Shown here: positions 1 through 10,592 of the stretch, piece after piece
Layout: every line of letters starts with the position of its first letter
Numbering within the stretch: the stretch's first letter is position 1
Origin: Longimicrobiales bacterium
GTDB lineage: Bacteria; Gemmatimonadota; Gemmatimonadetes; Longimicrobiales; Gaopeijiaceae
Direction: 5' to 3'
Assembly: GCA_965197725.1 (NCBI GenBank)
Contig: CBDANQ010000060.1
Coordinates: forward strand, 111,270 to 175,269
Length of the DNA: 64,000 nt
The notes under the pieces: model-generated
Database searches by the model: none
What the model was told of the DNA's origin: nothing
The model's input: only the letters and a program-made list of their open reading frames with translations
Program-made: the position numbers and the translations under genes

Positions 1-168
1 CAATGTCGGCTCGACGCTCCGAGCTGGAGCAGGAGGCGCCGGGTCGGTGGGGGGCGACGAGATCTGGGCCAGACCGCGAGCGGGCATGAACGCCCAGCCA
101 GCCGCGCATAGGAGCGTCGCCGCGAGGTGCGAGGGGACCCGCGCCTGGTGATTTCTGTAGGCTGGCAC
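1..168 (-). CDS. Probable 5' end of a secreted protein running off the window
   Basis: Open frame reading ...HLAATLLCAAGWAFMPARGLAQISSPP..., signal-peptide-like with an xLA-Q cleavage; start uncertain. Confidence 0.3.
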   Translation of the reverse strand, partial: MPAYRNHQARVPSHLAATLLCAAGWAFMPARGLAQISSPPTDPAPPAPARSVEPTL

Positions 169-549
169 GATTCGATGACGAGGGTGGTGTCGAAGGGGGC
201 CATGTCGGGGTTCTCGACACTGAGCTGATCGGCTACCTAGACGGTGGTAACACCACCCTCCCCGAGCTCGAGCCCGATGCGGTCGCAGCCTTGAGGGTGG
301 CGTGTCAGTGAGGTCGTTGGACATCACTATCCGGTCAGAGGCTCAGTAAGGCACAAAGGCAAGATCCAAGCGGCAGCCGGGCGGCACAAGGAAGCGGGGG
401 TGTCCGAACCCGTCCACGTACGGCGAGACGCGGCATGGGACCACGAACCCCCACGCGGCAATTTTTTGGGTTGGATTTTATACTCAGTGAGTATTCTTTG
501 GATGAGCATCACGTGAGATGGTTGTGGCCTCACACGCCTTAGACGCATT

Positions 550-633
550 TTGTCTGCCACGTTCGCTGCCGTCGCCCGCCTGAACGCGGCGCTAGAGGGC
601 CGCTACCGCGTAGATAGAGGGGTGCCCAATTGA
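550..633 (+). pseudogene. N-terminal stub of a Ser/Thr protein kinase gene
   Basis: Translates ...VARLNAALEGRYRVDRG then stops; homologous to the kinase stub at 57950-58058. Confidence 0.55.
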
Positions 634-762
634 AGGCTCAGATCCCCTGGCTGCGCGTCTTCGTGGAAGGCGTGGTGATCGTGGGCTCGATCCTGCTGGC
701 GGTTGTGTTAGAAGGAGCGGGGGGTCCGTGATTCGCCATCCTGTTGATTCAGGAAAGGCCGT

Positions 763-1086
763 TTGATGGCGTACTACTTGGTTGAAGCGGTGGCTAAGAA
801 GGACCGTCTCTCAGAGCTTGGGGAACGGCTAGGGAGAGACGAGTTCCTTCACCTGAGGCCGTTCGGTGTCTCCGTCACGTTCGCGCTGCGTGGCGCGCGC
901 CAGCGACCCGACGGAGGAGTGGTATGGGAGGAAGAAGACTACTGCTCCCCGCCGCTCGCCCAGGGACGTGCGGCAGTACTCGACGAATACTTTGAAGACC
1001 TTTGTGTGACATCCGTGCAAAAGCACGAGGGTTGGGCTCAGATCCGCGATCTGCCGCCACTCTTTCCTGAGTTGATCGACGAGTAG
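763..1086 (+). CDS. Conserved hypothetical protein (WEEEDYCSPPL motif)
   Basis: 107-aa ORF, AGGA RBS upstream, protein-like composition. Confidence 0.7.
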   Translation: MMAYYLVEAVAKKDRLSELGERLGRDEFLHLRPFGVSVTFALRGARQRPDGGVVWEEEDYCSPPLAQGRAAVLDEYFEDLCVTSVQKHEGWAQIRDLPPLFPELIDE

Positions 1087-1173
1087 CGCCTAACGCCGCT
1101 TAGCCCCCACTCATGCCTACCCGCATCCCGCACCGCAGCCTCCTGTAGCATCCACTCAGGCCAGGAGCACCGC

Positions 1174-1338
1174 ATGGAGATTCCGCAGGACACGTACCAG
1201 GCTATCGAGAACGAGATCGCCAGCGATGACAGCCCGGTTGGGATCGATGCCAAGAAGACTCACATCATGATCCTTCATCAGCTTCGCGAGATTGATGAGC
1301 GTCTGAAGAGGATCGAGGACGTGTTGGAGGCGACGTAG
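1174..1338 (+). CDS. Small hypothetical protein, 54 aa, coiled-coil C-terminus
   Basis: AGGAG RBS at 1163; MEIPQDTYQAIENEIASDDSPVGIDAKKTHIMILHQLREIDERLKRIEDVLEAT; below the ORF-track cutoff. Confidence 0.65.
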   Translation: MEIPQDTYQAIENEIASDDSPVGIDAKKTHIMILHQLREIDERLKRIEDVLEAT

Positions 1339-1390
1339 GACGGATCTCTGACGGGCCACCCGCTTCGGGCGATGCTCGTTCTCGACGGCC

Positions 1391-3630
1391 TCATCTCAGC
1401 ACATCGAATTGCCGTGAATATTTGATGATGAAGTTGCGCCGGATCGGCCCTAGGCCCTCTAGCGCCTGCGTCTCGTTGTACACGATGAACAGACCGCTCC
1501 CGGCGCCCGCCTGGTTCAACAATCCGAAGCGCAAGTTCCCGCTCCAGTTCTCGACTCGGTCGTTGTACTGGATGAGAGATTGGAAGTTGACTCGCGGCGA
1601 AAAGCTGTAGTTGAAGCGCGCCTGCACCAGATTCGTAGTGAAGTCACCCCACGGGAGACTGATGTCGCGACGGCTCCATCCGATCTCCGTGTTAAGGCTG
1701 GATCCGCCCCGTACCCTCAAGGTCGAGTCGAACGAGGTCTGGGTCCCAGCCAGGAACTCTCCGAGCGCGAAGCGTGAGCCGGCGGACAGCGTGCGACTCT
1801 GGTCCGACCTCAGCTGCAAGTCGGTCTCCCAGTATGTGTATTGCCCGGCAGGCACGACCACGCCCGGCGAAACCTCGAAGTCCTCCTGAAAACCCTCCCA
1901 CTCGATATCGATGGCGGGAGCGATAAACCACCCATTCTCGAAGTCGATGTGGTTGTCGATGTGCCAGGTCTGGCCCTCCCGAAACCCGTCGAGATCCCAG
2001 AACGTGGTCAGTTGGGTGTGTGGACGCAGCTCGCGGAGCCACGAAATGCTGGGCGTCCGATATCTCCAGAAAATGCGGTAGTCCGTCGATCGAAAAGCGC
2101 TTCGCCTTAGGAATCCAACTTCCGGGTTGAAGTCGTCCCCGACCTGTGTGTATTCGATATGGCTGTCCAGCCCTCCCCGCCCGTACCCTACACGCGCGTT
2201 GTAGGCCATTTCGTCGCCGGTTCGGCCCGGAGTCTCGGTGCGCGCGAGGAAACCACGAACGTCCACGTTATCGCCGAGCCCCACTTTGCCGTCCACGCCG
2301 AATGTGCGGTTCAGGTCATCGGCGGCCGCCCCCCCCCCAGCCGCGTCTCGACTGACGATGATCCCCCCGAGGCTCGACCGATTGGGGAGTTCACGGCTGA
2401 CCCGTGCCACCGCGAAGTTGTTCTTGGGTAGCAAATTGGGCTCACCGAGCTCACCGGGCACCGCGTCCGTCTGCATCATCAGGAAGCCGACATTCGTCCC
2501 TCCGGCGCGGCCGCTGAGACGTGCGCCACCCGCGATGGGTACGGGCGCGCCGTCTGGGCCGATGCCGATCCGCCGGCTGAAGAAAAGATCGACGCCAGAC
2601 TTGCCCGCCGCCAACTGACCGGCGTTCTCGAGGAAGAACGGACGCTTTTCCGGAAAGCGTACGTTGAACCGAGTAAGGTTGATCACCTGCTCGTCGACTT
2701 CGACCTGGGCGAAATCGGTATTGTAGGTGAGGTCCAGGGTCAGGCTGGGAGTCACCCCGAACTTGGTGTCGAGACCGATAGACCCGTCGGCATCCGGCTC
2801 GGTTTGCGTGGGGTCGTCATACGCACGCGCGATTGAACCGATCGTATACGGGGTGGCCTTGAAGTTTCGTGGCTCATCGAGCTCCAGACCGTGCAGTTCA
2901 CCAGCCGAGGAAAGGCGATAGAGGTTGTAGAGGCGTCCGATCGGCGCCCAGAAAACCTGTTCACGCTTGCGCCGAATGCTGCGCTGGAAGTTCACGCCCC
3001 AGACCTGGGGCTTGGCCCCGTACCGAAGGCTGCGAAGGGGAATCTCGAATTCCGCGGTCCAGCCCACGTCGGTCACCCGTGTTCGGACCGTCCAACTGGC
3101 GTCCCAGTTCCTGTTGAAGCCGGATCCGGAGCCTACGGTCGCTCTTGTCCTGCCGCCGCCGCCGCCCTGACCCTCGTTGCTGACCTGACCATCGTACTCG
3201 ATACCCGCCGGGTTGGTCCCAAAGACGAGGCCGTTCTGTAGATCGTGGTAGGTGTCGAAAATGACCTGGAACGAGTCCATGTCGCCTAGCCCGGAGTCGC
3301 GACGGCTGTCGGTCACCAGGATTCTGTCCGGCTCGCTATCGTAGAGGATTGCACCGATGTAGAGCGCGCGCCCATCATACAGGATGCGAACCTCCGTTTT
3401 CTCTGACGCGGGCCGGCCCTCCACAGGCTCCTGCTGAACGAAGCCCGTGATCGGTTGGGCCCTGGCCCAAACGGCGTCATCGATCAGGCCGTCGATGGTC
3501 GGTCCGTTTTCGACGAACGTCGCGTTGCCGATCCGGCTCCCATTTTGCGCCGAAAGATTGGAAGTGGTCAGGCATGCCGCGGCCGCGATCACGATCAACA
3601 TGCGCGGCAGGTTCACTAGCAGCAGGTTCA
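1391..3630 (-). CDS. DUF5916-type protein (CBM9-like N-domain plus outer-membrane beta-barrel)
   Basis: Signal peptide; motifs IDGLIDDAVW, NTDFAQVEVD, FPEKRPFFLE, FFSRRIG; real start near 3630, the upstream ORF extension is not credible. Confidence 0.85.
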
Positions 3631-3857
3631 CTTTGGATACGATCCTTTCTGCTTCATGATGTTGGATCAGCCGCCTTGAAGGGGGGGGGCGTCGGCCCAA
3701 TTGTACCAACTGCGGCTCCCCACACAAGGCGAAAGCCCCTACGGTCGCGATGATGCTCGCGCCCGTATCAGACCCATCCGAAGCGCCTCCGAGCCGGGCC
3801 CCACGACCGCGAGGCGGATACAGCCCTGAGCTCCCGTCTGCGGCCACCCGAGGGGTG

Positions 3858-4782
3858 CTAGCAGTCCGTGGAAGAAATAGGTTCCCAGCGGATGATGGGT
3901 GGGAGAGAAGGCAGACACGCGGGGGCTGTGTTGTTGTGCAAGAAGCGGGTTTTGGGGTCTGACGAGGCGATATTCGGCCCAAGGAAGGCGAAATAGCGCC
4001 GAATACGGCGGAAAAAGCGCGAGACGCGGGTTGTAACCTGAGTTGCGAGCGCAGCTTGTACGGTAGCGAGGCCCTGTAACGCACGGGGGGTTCCAACCCC
4101 GAACCGCTTGCGCATGAGAAGGCCGAGGTTGAAGGCCGCCGCGTGGATCAACATCCGTTTTCGAATCTCCTCCTGGCCCCGTATGTGGACGCGACGCAGC
4201 CCTCCGGTCACAAGCAAGTGCGCAAACCCCCGCTCCACCTTCTCGCCGCGCTGGCGCAGCAGCCGCATCCCCCGGTTGCCGCGGATCCGGCGGCGGTTGT
4301 CGTAGGTCGGCGTCTGCGCGTCCCGGTTGTTCTTCCATTTCCGGCGCCCGCGGTTGGGCTCGCTCACATAGCTGCGCAGCTCCCGCTCCTTCACGCCCGT
4401 CATGGTCTTGTTCGAGTGGTAGCCTTTGTCGGCCACCACTTCCTCGGGCTCTACCTGCACTACTTCCAGCTGCCGCTCTGCCTCGTCCAGCGTGTTGGGC
4501 AGCGACGCCACATCTCCCCCGTCCATCGTCTGCACCGTCACCGCCACAAGCGCACCGGTCTCCATGTCGACCGCCTGCTCCAACTTGTGCGCCAGGCGCG
4601 TCCTGCCGTCCTTCATCTTCGTGATCCGCGCCTCCGGGTCGTGCGGATGCACCCAGTCCTTGTTCCGACCCCTTCAGCAGCTCCAGCACCCGCCCGAACA
4701 CCGCCGCGTGCGCTTCCCGAATCTCGCTCGCCACCACGAACATCTCGCCCTGCCGAGCCTCGGGCCGCTTGCCTACCGCCAT
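3858..4782 (-). pseudogene. DDE transposase with internal deletions and a frameshift
   Basis: C-terminal part has HPHDPEARITKMKDG, VADKGYHS and VERGFAH; N-terminal MAVGKR... part is very short and in another frame. Confidence 0.8.
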
Positions 4783-4859
4783 CGCCGTCCTCGCTGCAAA
4801 AACCCTCGTGTCCTCCTGATTTAACACAACAGCGATGACCGGACTTTATCCACGGTCTG
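3862..4859 (-). mobile_element. IS5/IS1182-like insertion sequence, internally deleted
   Basis: Terminal IRs CAGTCCGTGGA / CAGACCGTGGA, CTAG duplicated at 3858-3861 and 4860-4863. Confidence 0.8.
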
Positions 4860-4974
4860 CTAGGCCAGAAACGGCAGTTTGTGTCCCCGCGCCTCGGATC
4901 CGCTCGCGTGGTCGCGCAGGCGAGGATTTCGAGATTCAACGCCGCACGTACGGCTGTCCCAGCTACCGCCGACC

Positions 4975-5889
4975 CTAGCTCTCGATCGGGCTTTCCGGGT
5001 TGTTCCCGTACTCCTCCCACGAACCGTCGTAGTTGCGCACGGACGGGTATCCCAGGAGCTCGCTCAGGACGAACCAGGTGTGGGCGCCTCGAATGCCGCT
5101 CTGGCAATACGTGATGATCTCTTTGTCCGAAGCGAACCCGGCGCCACCGTACAACTCGGCCAGCGCGTCGGCAGACTTGAACGTGCCGTCTGGGGCGACC
5201 GCGGCGGTCCACTCCACGTTGATCGATCCTGGGATGTGGCCGCCTCTTGCGGATCTGACGCTGCGGCCCAGGTGCTCATCGGGACCTCTCGCGTCGCAGA
5301 ACAGCGTCGACGGGTCGTCGGTGTGGTCCACCACGTACTGCCAGGTCGTCCGTATCGCCGGGTCCGCCGGCCCGGCCTGGTAACTGGACGCTTCGGACTC
5401 CGGCGTCTCCGTGCTCAGCACGCGTCCGTCCGCGACCCACCTCGGCTCCCCTCCGTTGTAGATGCGGACTTGCGCATGCTGGTAGTACTTCAACACCCAG
5501 TAGGCCCTTGCGGAAGGAAGATTGTTCCGATCGTCGTATAGGACGACCGTTTGGTCCCGCTCGATACCCAGCGAGGACAGCGCCGCCGACACACCCTCTT
5601 CCGTCGCGATCTGGCCGCGGATGGGATCGTCGGGATTCGAGAGGAGGCCCATCGACAGGAAGGACGCTCCGGGAATGTGCCCCTCTTGGAATCCTTCGAG
5701 ACCCCCCCCGACGTCCACCAGGCGCACGTCGGCATCATTCATGTGCGCTTCGACCCACTCCGTGTCGACCAAGACGTCCTTGGCGTAGGAGGCCGCGACG
5801 GTCTCACCAACATCGCCCCCGCACGTGGCCGCGAGGGTTGCCAGCACCATCGCCAAGAGAGGCCTGGTCAGGGCTCGTAGATACGTCAT
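4975..5889 (-). CDS. Tandem-rhodanese sulfurtransferase with lipoprotein signal
   Basis: MTYLRALTRPLLAMVLATLAATC lipobox-like, GHIPGA/GHIPGS, active loop YCQSGIRG, YDGSWEEY; GGAGG RBS. Confidence 0.9.
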   Translation of the reverse strand: MTYLRALTRPLLAMVLATLAATCGGDVGETVAASYAKDVLVDTEWVEAHMNDADVRLVDVGGGLEGFQEGHIPGASFLSMGLLSNPDDPIRGQIATEEGVSAALSSLGIERDQTVVLYDDRNNLPSARAYWVLKYYQHAQVRIYNGGEPRWVADGRVLSTETPESEASSYQAGPADPAIRTTWQYVVDHTDDPSTLFCDARGPDEHLGRSVRSARGGHIPGSINVEWTAAVAPDGTFKSADALAELYGGAGFASDKEIITYCQSGIRGAHTWFVLSELLGYPSVRNYDGSWEEYGNNPESPIES

Positions 5890-6131
5890 GTTTCCTCCCT
5901 CGCTTTCGCGCGCGTGATGGTCAGGCGCCACTCGGAGGCGCCGGTTTCTTCGATATCGGTCTGGTATCCCAGTCGGGCCGCCTGGGTCGGAATCGTGTCC
6001 AGCGCCGGAGCATGATCCGTGACTACCTCGAGCGCGTCTTTGTGCTCGGAGAGCTTCTTCAGCGCGCTCACGGTCCGCATCATCGGGTACGGACAGATCT
6101 CCCCTCTCACATCCAGTTTCGTCGCTGGCAT
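5886..6131 (-). CDS. TusA/YedF/YeeD-family sulfur carrier
   Basis: LDVRGEICPYP motif, 81 aa, overlaps the next gene. Confidence 0.9.
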   Translation of the reverse strand: MPATKLDVRGEICPYPMMRTVSALKKLSEHKDALEVVTDHAPALDTIPTQAARLGYQTDIEETGASEWRLTITRAKAREET

Positions 6132-6152
6132 GGGTCTCCCGCTCCGTGTCGT

Positions 6153-7388
6153 CTACGCGATCCGCTGTATTGCATGAGTGCCGATCCAAGCGCCGAGACC
6201 AAGGAAGACGGCAAACACCCATCCGTTGATTGCCAGCGACGGGATCGCTGAAAAGAACGCACCAATCGTGCAGCCCATGGCGATGCCCGACCCGTATCCC
6301 ATCATCAAACCGCCGCCGAGGGACTGCGCATACCTCCTCGCACGCTTGGGCGCTCTGATTTTGAACTCTCCCGCCCCGACCGCCGCGGCGAAAGAGCCGA
6401 AGAACATGCCACACACAAGAAAGAGCATGTGGTGGAAGAAGAGTCCGTTCGAGGGCACGAGAACGCAACCCGGTAGGGATTCCACGCCAGCCAACGGTCC
6501 GGGGGAGGCGCCGAAGACGGAAGCCACTCCGGCCGACCACCGAGACACCTCGCCCGTGAAGCCCCACGGCTCCTGCGCCGTGAAGAGGAGAACGTTCAGG
6601 CCGCCCAGGGCAGCGCCCGCTGGCAGGATCGGCCAGCCGCGTACGAACACGCTCCGTGTCACGTCCTTGAGGTGGCCCCTCACGCTGTCCGTCGGCTCTC
6701 CGCCGCGCCGCACCGAAGGCACCACCATGCCGGCTCGATGCTCTACGGACACCACGAAAACGTAGACGGCCGCCAGAGCCAACAACGTCACCACTAGTGC
6801 ACCCGGATGGCCCAGCCCGTGAGGCATCCAGATCCGTGGCGCCGTGGACACGTGCACGTCCCACCACCAGTTCCACGAATACGCCGCCACCAGCAGTCCC
6901 CCCATCACCCCAGCGAAGGCGACCCACGACGCGACGTATCCCTCGCCCATGCGATACAAGCTGCCGGAGACGCATCCGCCGGCCAGGACCATGCCCACGC
7001 CGAAGAGAAGTCCGCCGAGCCCCGTGTGAATACCGAGCGGAAGCACATTGGCCGAAGGGGGATAGATCCCCAGTGAGGTGAGGGGCACCTGTTGGCCCAT
7101 CACGACACCGAAGCCCACGGAAGCCACGGCGAGGCCCAAGAGTACGCCCTTCATGTTGCGGGCGTGGCCCAGCAGGAAGATGTCGCGGAACGCCGACGCG
7201 AAGCAGAAGCGTGCCCGCTGAAGCACGAGCCCGAACGCGAGACCGAAGGCCCAGAACATCGCGAACTCGGTGTCCGCGGTCCGTGCGACGACATACACCA
7301 CTGACGCGGCAGCCCAGGCTGCCATTCCCATGGTCACTTTGTTTGGTGCGGAGCGGGCCGGGAGGCGCGCCAAGGCATCAGTCGCCAT
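6153..7388 (-). CDS. YeeE/YedE-family (thio)sulfur transporter
   Basis: Multi-TM; RARFCF, LAGGCVSG, AMGCTIG conserved Cys motifs. Confidence 0.9.
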   Translation of the reverse strand: MATDALARLPARSAPNKVTMGMAAWAAASVVYVVARTADTEFAMFWAFGLAFGLVLQRARFCFASAFRDIFLLGHARNMKGVLLGLAVASVGFGVVMGQQVPLTSLGIYPPSANVLPLGIHTGLGGLLFGVGMVLAGGCVSGSLYRMGEGYVASWVAFAGVMGGLLVAAYSWNWWWDVHVSTAPRIWMPHGLGHPGALVVTLLALAAVYVFVVSVEHRAGMVVPSVRRGGEPTDSVRGHLKDVTRSVFVRGWPILPAGAALGGLNVLLFTAQEPWGFTGEVSRWSAGVASVFGASPGPLAGVESLPGCVLVPSNGLFFHHMLFLVCGMFFGSFAAAVGAGEFKIRAPKRARRYAQSLGGGLMMGYGSGIAMGCTIGAFFSAIPSLAINGWVFAVFLGLGAWIGTHAIQRIA

Positions 7389-8193
7389 CGTTTCCGCCCC
7401 GTGAGTTCCAGTCCTGCCACGATCCGTCGTAGAGCCGCACGCGGGGAAACCCAGCGTGGCGCAGCACCATGTACGTGTGCGCCGCGCGCATGCCCGACCG
7501 ACAGTAGGTGACGATCTCCCGGTCCGGCGTGACCCCTAGCTTCGCCCACTCCGAGCGGAGCTCGCCGCTGTCTCGAGAGCACTCCCATGACCCAACCGGG
7601 ACAGCGCGGAACCAGTCCCAACAAATCGCCCCCGGAAGGTGGCCCTGATCGAACTCCGTTTGAGCGCGCGTGTCGAGCAGGACGACGTCGTCGGGGATCC
7701 CGTGCTCATGGAGCCAGTCGTAGTCGGCGCTGACGTCCGCGGTCAAGCGCGATTCGAAAGCGGGCGCGCCTTCCGGTCGGGCACGCTCAGCGCGGCGGAC
7801 CGTGGGTAGTCGCTCCTCCTGCCATCGGTCCCACCCACCGTTCAACACCGCGACGGACCTGTGTCCGTAGCGGTGGAGGGCCCAAACCAGCCTCGCCGAG
7901 GCCAAGCCCCAGTGAGCGTCGTAGCAGACGACAGCGTCATTGTTGGAAAGCGTGACTCGGTCCATGAGTGCGTCGAATTCATGAGGAGGCAGCAACACGT
8001 TCTCACACCCCTCCCGCGTCCGTCCGAGCTCGGCCAGTTCCACATGGATCGCGCCGGGGATATGCTCGTCTTCGTAGGCCCGCGCGTCGCGGAGGTCGAC
8101 GATGCACACCTGAGGATCGTTCGCCTGCTTCTGTAGCCAGGCCGGATCGACGAGTAGACCTGGAAGTACCATTTCTCGGCGCAGTCCCGACAC
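7378..8193 (-). CDS. Cytoplasmic tandem-rhodanese sulfurtransferase
   Basis: HIPGAI, LNGGW, YCRSGMRA, YDGSWQDW. Confidence 0.9.
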   Translation of the reverse strand: MSGLRREMVLPGLLVDPAWLQKQANDPQVCIVDLRDARAYEDEHIPGAIHVELAELGRTREGCENVLLPPHEFDALMDRVTLSNNDAVVCYDAHWGLASARLVWALHRYGHRSVAVLNGGWDRWQEERLPTVRRAERARPEGAPAFESRLTADVSADYDWLHEHGIPDDVVLLDTRAQTEFDQGHLPGAICWDWFRAVPVGSWECSRDSGELRSEWAKLGVTPDREIVTYCRSGMRAAHTYMVLRHAGFPRVRLYDGSWQDWNSRGGNDGD

Positions 8194-8306
8194 TTCGGTA
8201 TCGAAGCTCCTAACAGCCTGGAGTGACCCGGGCTCCCGGGCTCCCCAGCCCGTCCCGTAAATTTATCGCTTGGCGACGGGCGAGAACACCCGCCGCCCAG
8301 GCCGAC

Positions 8307-10592
8307 TCAGAGCAGAGCGTCTAGGTACAGATCGATCCGGAACTGCTTCGCGAAGCCGTTGAGCCCGTGGGACAAGTCCATACGGATCAGGCCGTCGAGA
8401 ACGCCTCGGCCCACGCCGATGCCATAGAGGAAGTCGCCTGTGTCGAAGTCCGAGCGCAGTCCGGCCCAGCCGACGTCCCCGAACACGCTCACCGAGCCGA
8501 CGTCGAGGGTCCGTGCCAACTCCAGCCGACCCCGCGCGAAGGACGACCCCATGAAGGTTGAACCAGCGTATCCGCGGAGCGTCTTGGCTCCGCCCAAGAA
8601 CCATGCGCGTTGGACCGGCGCGTCGCCCCAGGTGGTTCCGCCACCGGCCTCGACGCCCAAGCGCCAGGTCGGATAGACCACCGGAACGGCCGCACGCAGA
8701 ATCGCGCTGGCCCGCGCGTAGTCCGTTTCGGCTCTCGTGAACGTGGTCCTCCAGCGGGCCCCCTGTCCGTACAGTTCGAGCCCGAACTGTGCCCGAAAGG
8801 GCTCGCCACCCCACCACGGAGAGAGTCGCAGTTCGGCGCCGACCTCCTCCACCTCGTCGGCGTCGATGTTGGGTCGGAAGTCCCAACTCGAATCAAGCGC
8901 GTGGTATAGCGCGAAGCCGATCTCGGAGGAGACCGACTCCTGACGCTCCGCATAGGCCCTGAACTCGAAGGACGCGCGGGCACCGATCGGGGGACGCCAT
9001 GTGAAGTCGGCACCCGTGGCCCGGTAGTATTCTCCCTCGTCCCGTCCGAAGAGGAGTGCGTGCACCGAGTTGCCCAGCTCCAGATAGCCTCCCCGGGGGT
9101 CGGTGGTGGTGAGCTCGTGGAAGATGCCCAGGCGCAGCCGACGCCGAACAGAACTCCGCTCGAAGTCCAGGCGCACTTTCGCATCGAGATCCGCGAGTCC
9201 GAAGAATCCCTGGGCCTCGAAGGTGTAAGGCCCACCCAGGCTCGCCTCGAAGCGACCACCCGCGGCCGGTCCCTCCACGCGGTTGTACCGGACCAGGTCC
9301 TGGCGGGCCCAGCCCCAGTTCGCCGACCAGGGAATTCCCTGGATGCTCGGCGCTGGCAAGTCGGCCAGGCTGTTGACGTAGTCCTCGAGCTGGTCGTCCG
9401 ACGGGAAACCCACCGCGTCTTCCCAGATCGGAGGCGGAAGACGGGGACTGGTGGCGACCAAGCTCCGTTCCTGGGGCACGATCATCAAAGACTCGCGTTC
9501 GCGCGCGAACTCTTCGTCGGCGGCTTCGTATTCGATCCCGTCCTGCTCGGACAACAGTTGGGCGATGAAGGTCATGGCCTCGGCGCGGCTCTCGAAGTGC
9601 CGCTCTACGAGTCCCAACCGTGCGGCCGTTTCCGGCTCAGCCAGGTCTGCCTCGCTGGTTACCGACTCCATCGTATAGGAGAGGTCCATCGACACCGGCA
9701 TCTTCAGGATGCCCGCGCTGACCTCCCCCTCCATGCGCATGCTGCGCGGGAGCCAGACCTCGAAGTCCCACAGGGCATAGTCGACGGCCACCATCGTCAG
9801 GTCGAACGTCCACGGCTTGAACAGGCCTGGCACGTACTTGAACGATCCCTTGTCCTCCTCTTCCTGGAGCTCGGCGATGTCGCGCATGGCATCGAACTGC
9901 CGGCTCAGCCGGTAGACCGCCCGCACGAGCGCCCCGGACTCGGGCTCGATCCACAGGCTCCCCGTGATGCGGTGGACATCGGCCTCCCGAGGGAGTACGT
10001 CCAGCTGAACGATGAGGAGCCGACGCCCATCCGGGAGGGATAGCGTAAGCGTGTCCCCGCTTTCGTAGCGGTACAGGGAGTCGGCCCCGTTCACCAACGG
10101 GTGCGCGACCCAGTAGCCGTCCTCCTCGTTCGACTCGAAGGCGCTGTCGTCCTCGTGCGAAATGCCAAGGAGGAGGCGTTCGCCGCCCGGCTCGAAAGGC
10201 TCGTCGAACGGGAGGTCGTCCAGCCAGTCCATGTCACCCTCTCTCACCGCGATCGACCGGCCCGGATACTGCGAGCGCGTGCCCAGGACCTGGACCACCG
10301 CGTCATGATCCCGGTCCCAGAAAGCCCGGACGGCGGTCTCGTTGCGGTAGATGATGCGATCCTTGAGCGGGGTCCGAATCGCCGCCGCGATTCGCTGCTT
10401 GATGAGCGCCGTGTACCGCACCACCGACGCGTCGACGGATCGCCAGTTCGTCTGTGCCGCCTCGAAGAGCGTGCGCGCTCCGGAATCGACGAACGTGTCC
10501 GGCGCGACTTGTCCGGCGGCGAATTCAACTGAAAGGCCGAGCGAGGAGAGGACGCACGCTCCGAAGCGAACCAGCGCTCGCGTTCGTGTCAT
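8307..10592 (-). CDS. Secreted/outer-membrane protein with probable C-terminal beta-barrel
   Basis: 761 aa, signal peptide, RYNRVEG and LRGY motifs, amphipathic C-terminal strands. Confidence 0.7.
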   Translation of the reverse strand: MTRTRALVRFGACVLSSLGLSVEFAAGQVAPDTFVDSGARTLFEAAQTNWRSVDASVVRYTALIKQRIAAAIRTPLKDRIIYRNETAVRAFWDRDHDAVVQVLGTRSQYPGRSIAVREGDMDWLDDLPFDEPFEPGGERLLLGISHEDDSAFESNEEDGYWVAHPLVNGADSLYRYESGDTLTLSLPDGRRLLIVQLDVLPREADVHRITGSLWIEPESGALVRAVYRLSRQFDAMRDIAELQEEEDKGSFKYVPGLFKPWTFDLTMVAVDYALWDFEVWLPRSMRMEGEVSAGILKMPVSMDLSYTMESVTSEADLAEPETAARLGLVERHFESRAEAMTFIAQLLSEQDGIEYEAADEEFARERESLMIVPQERSLVATSPRLPPPIWEDAVGFPSDDQLEDYVNSLADLPAPSIQGIPWSANWGWARQDLVRYNRVEGPAAGGRFEASLGGPYTFEAQGFFGLADLDAKVRLDFERSSVRRRLRLGIFHELTTTDPRGGYLELGNSVHALLFGRDEGEYYRATGADFTWRPPIGARASFEFRAYAERQESVSSEIGFALYHALDSSWDFRPNIDADEVEEVGAELRLSPWWGGEPFRAQFGLELYGQGARWRTTFTRAETDYARASAILRAAVPVVYPTWRLGVEAGGGTTWGDAPVQRAWFLGGAKTLRGYAGSTFMGSSFARGRLELARTLDVGSVSVFGDVGWAGLRSDFDTGDFLYGIGVGRGVLDGLIRMDLSHGLNGFAKQFRIDLYLDALL

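Noticed and set aside
480..494. Palindrome ATACTCAGTGAGTAT as an operator
   Set aside because: Single site with no cognate regulator in view; cannot be supported further
700..1105. Possible integron cassette (GTTAGAA upstream of ORF 763-1086, GCCTAAC after its stop)
   Set aside because: No complementary R' box or attC hairpin downstream, and no integrase in the window
3631..4096. N-terminal extension of the 901-aa ORF (similarly the 666-aa ORF at 4975-6975 and the 745-aa ORF at 19393)
   Set aside because: The extensions are open frames through IS or neighbouring genes in GC-rich DNA; RBS and signal peptides mark later starts
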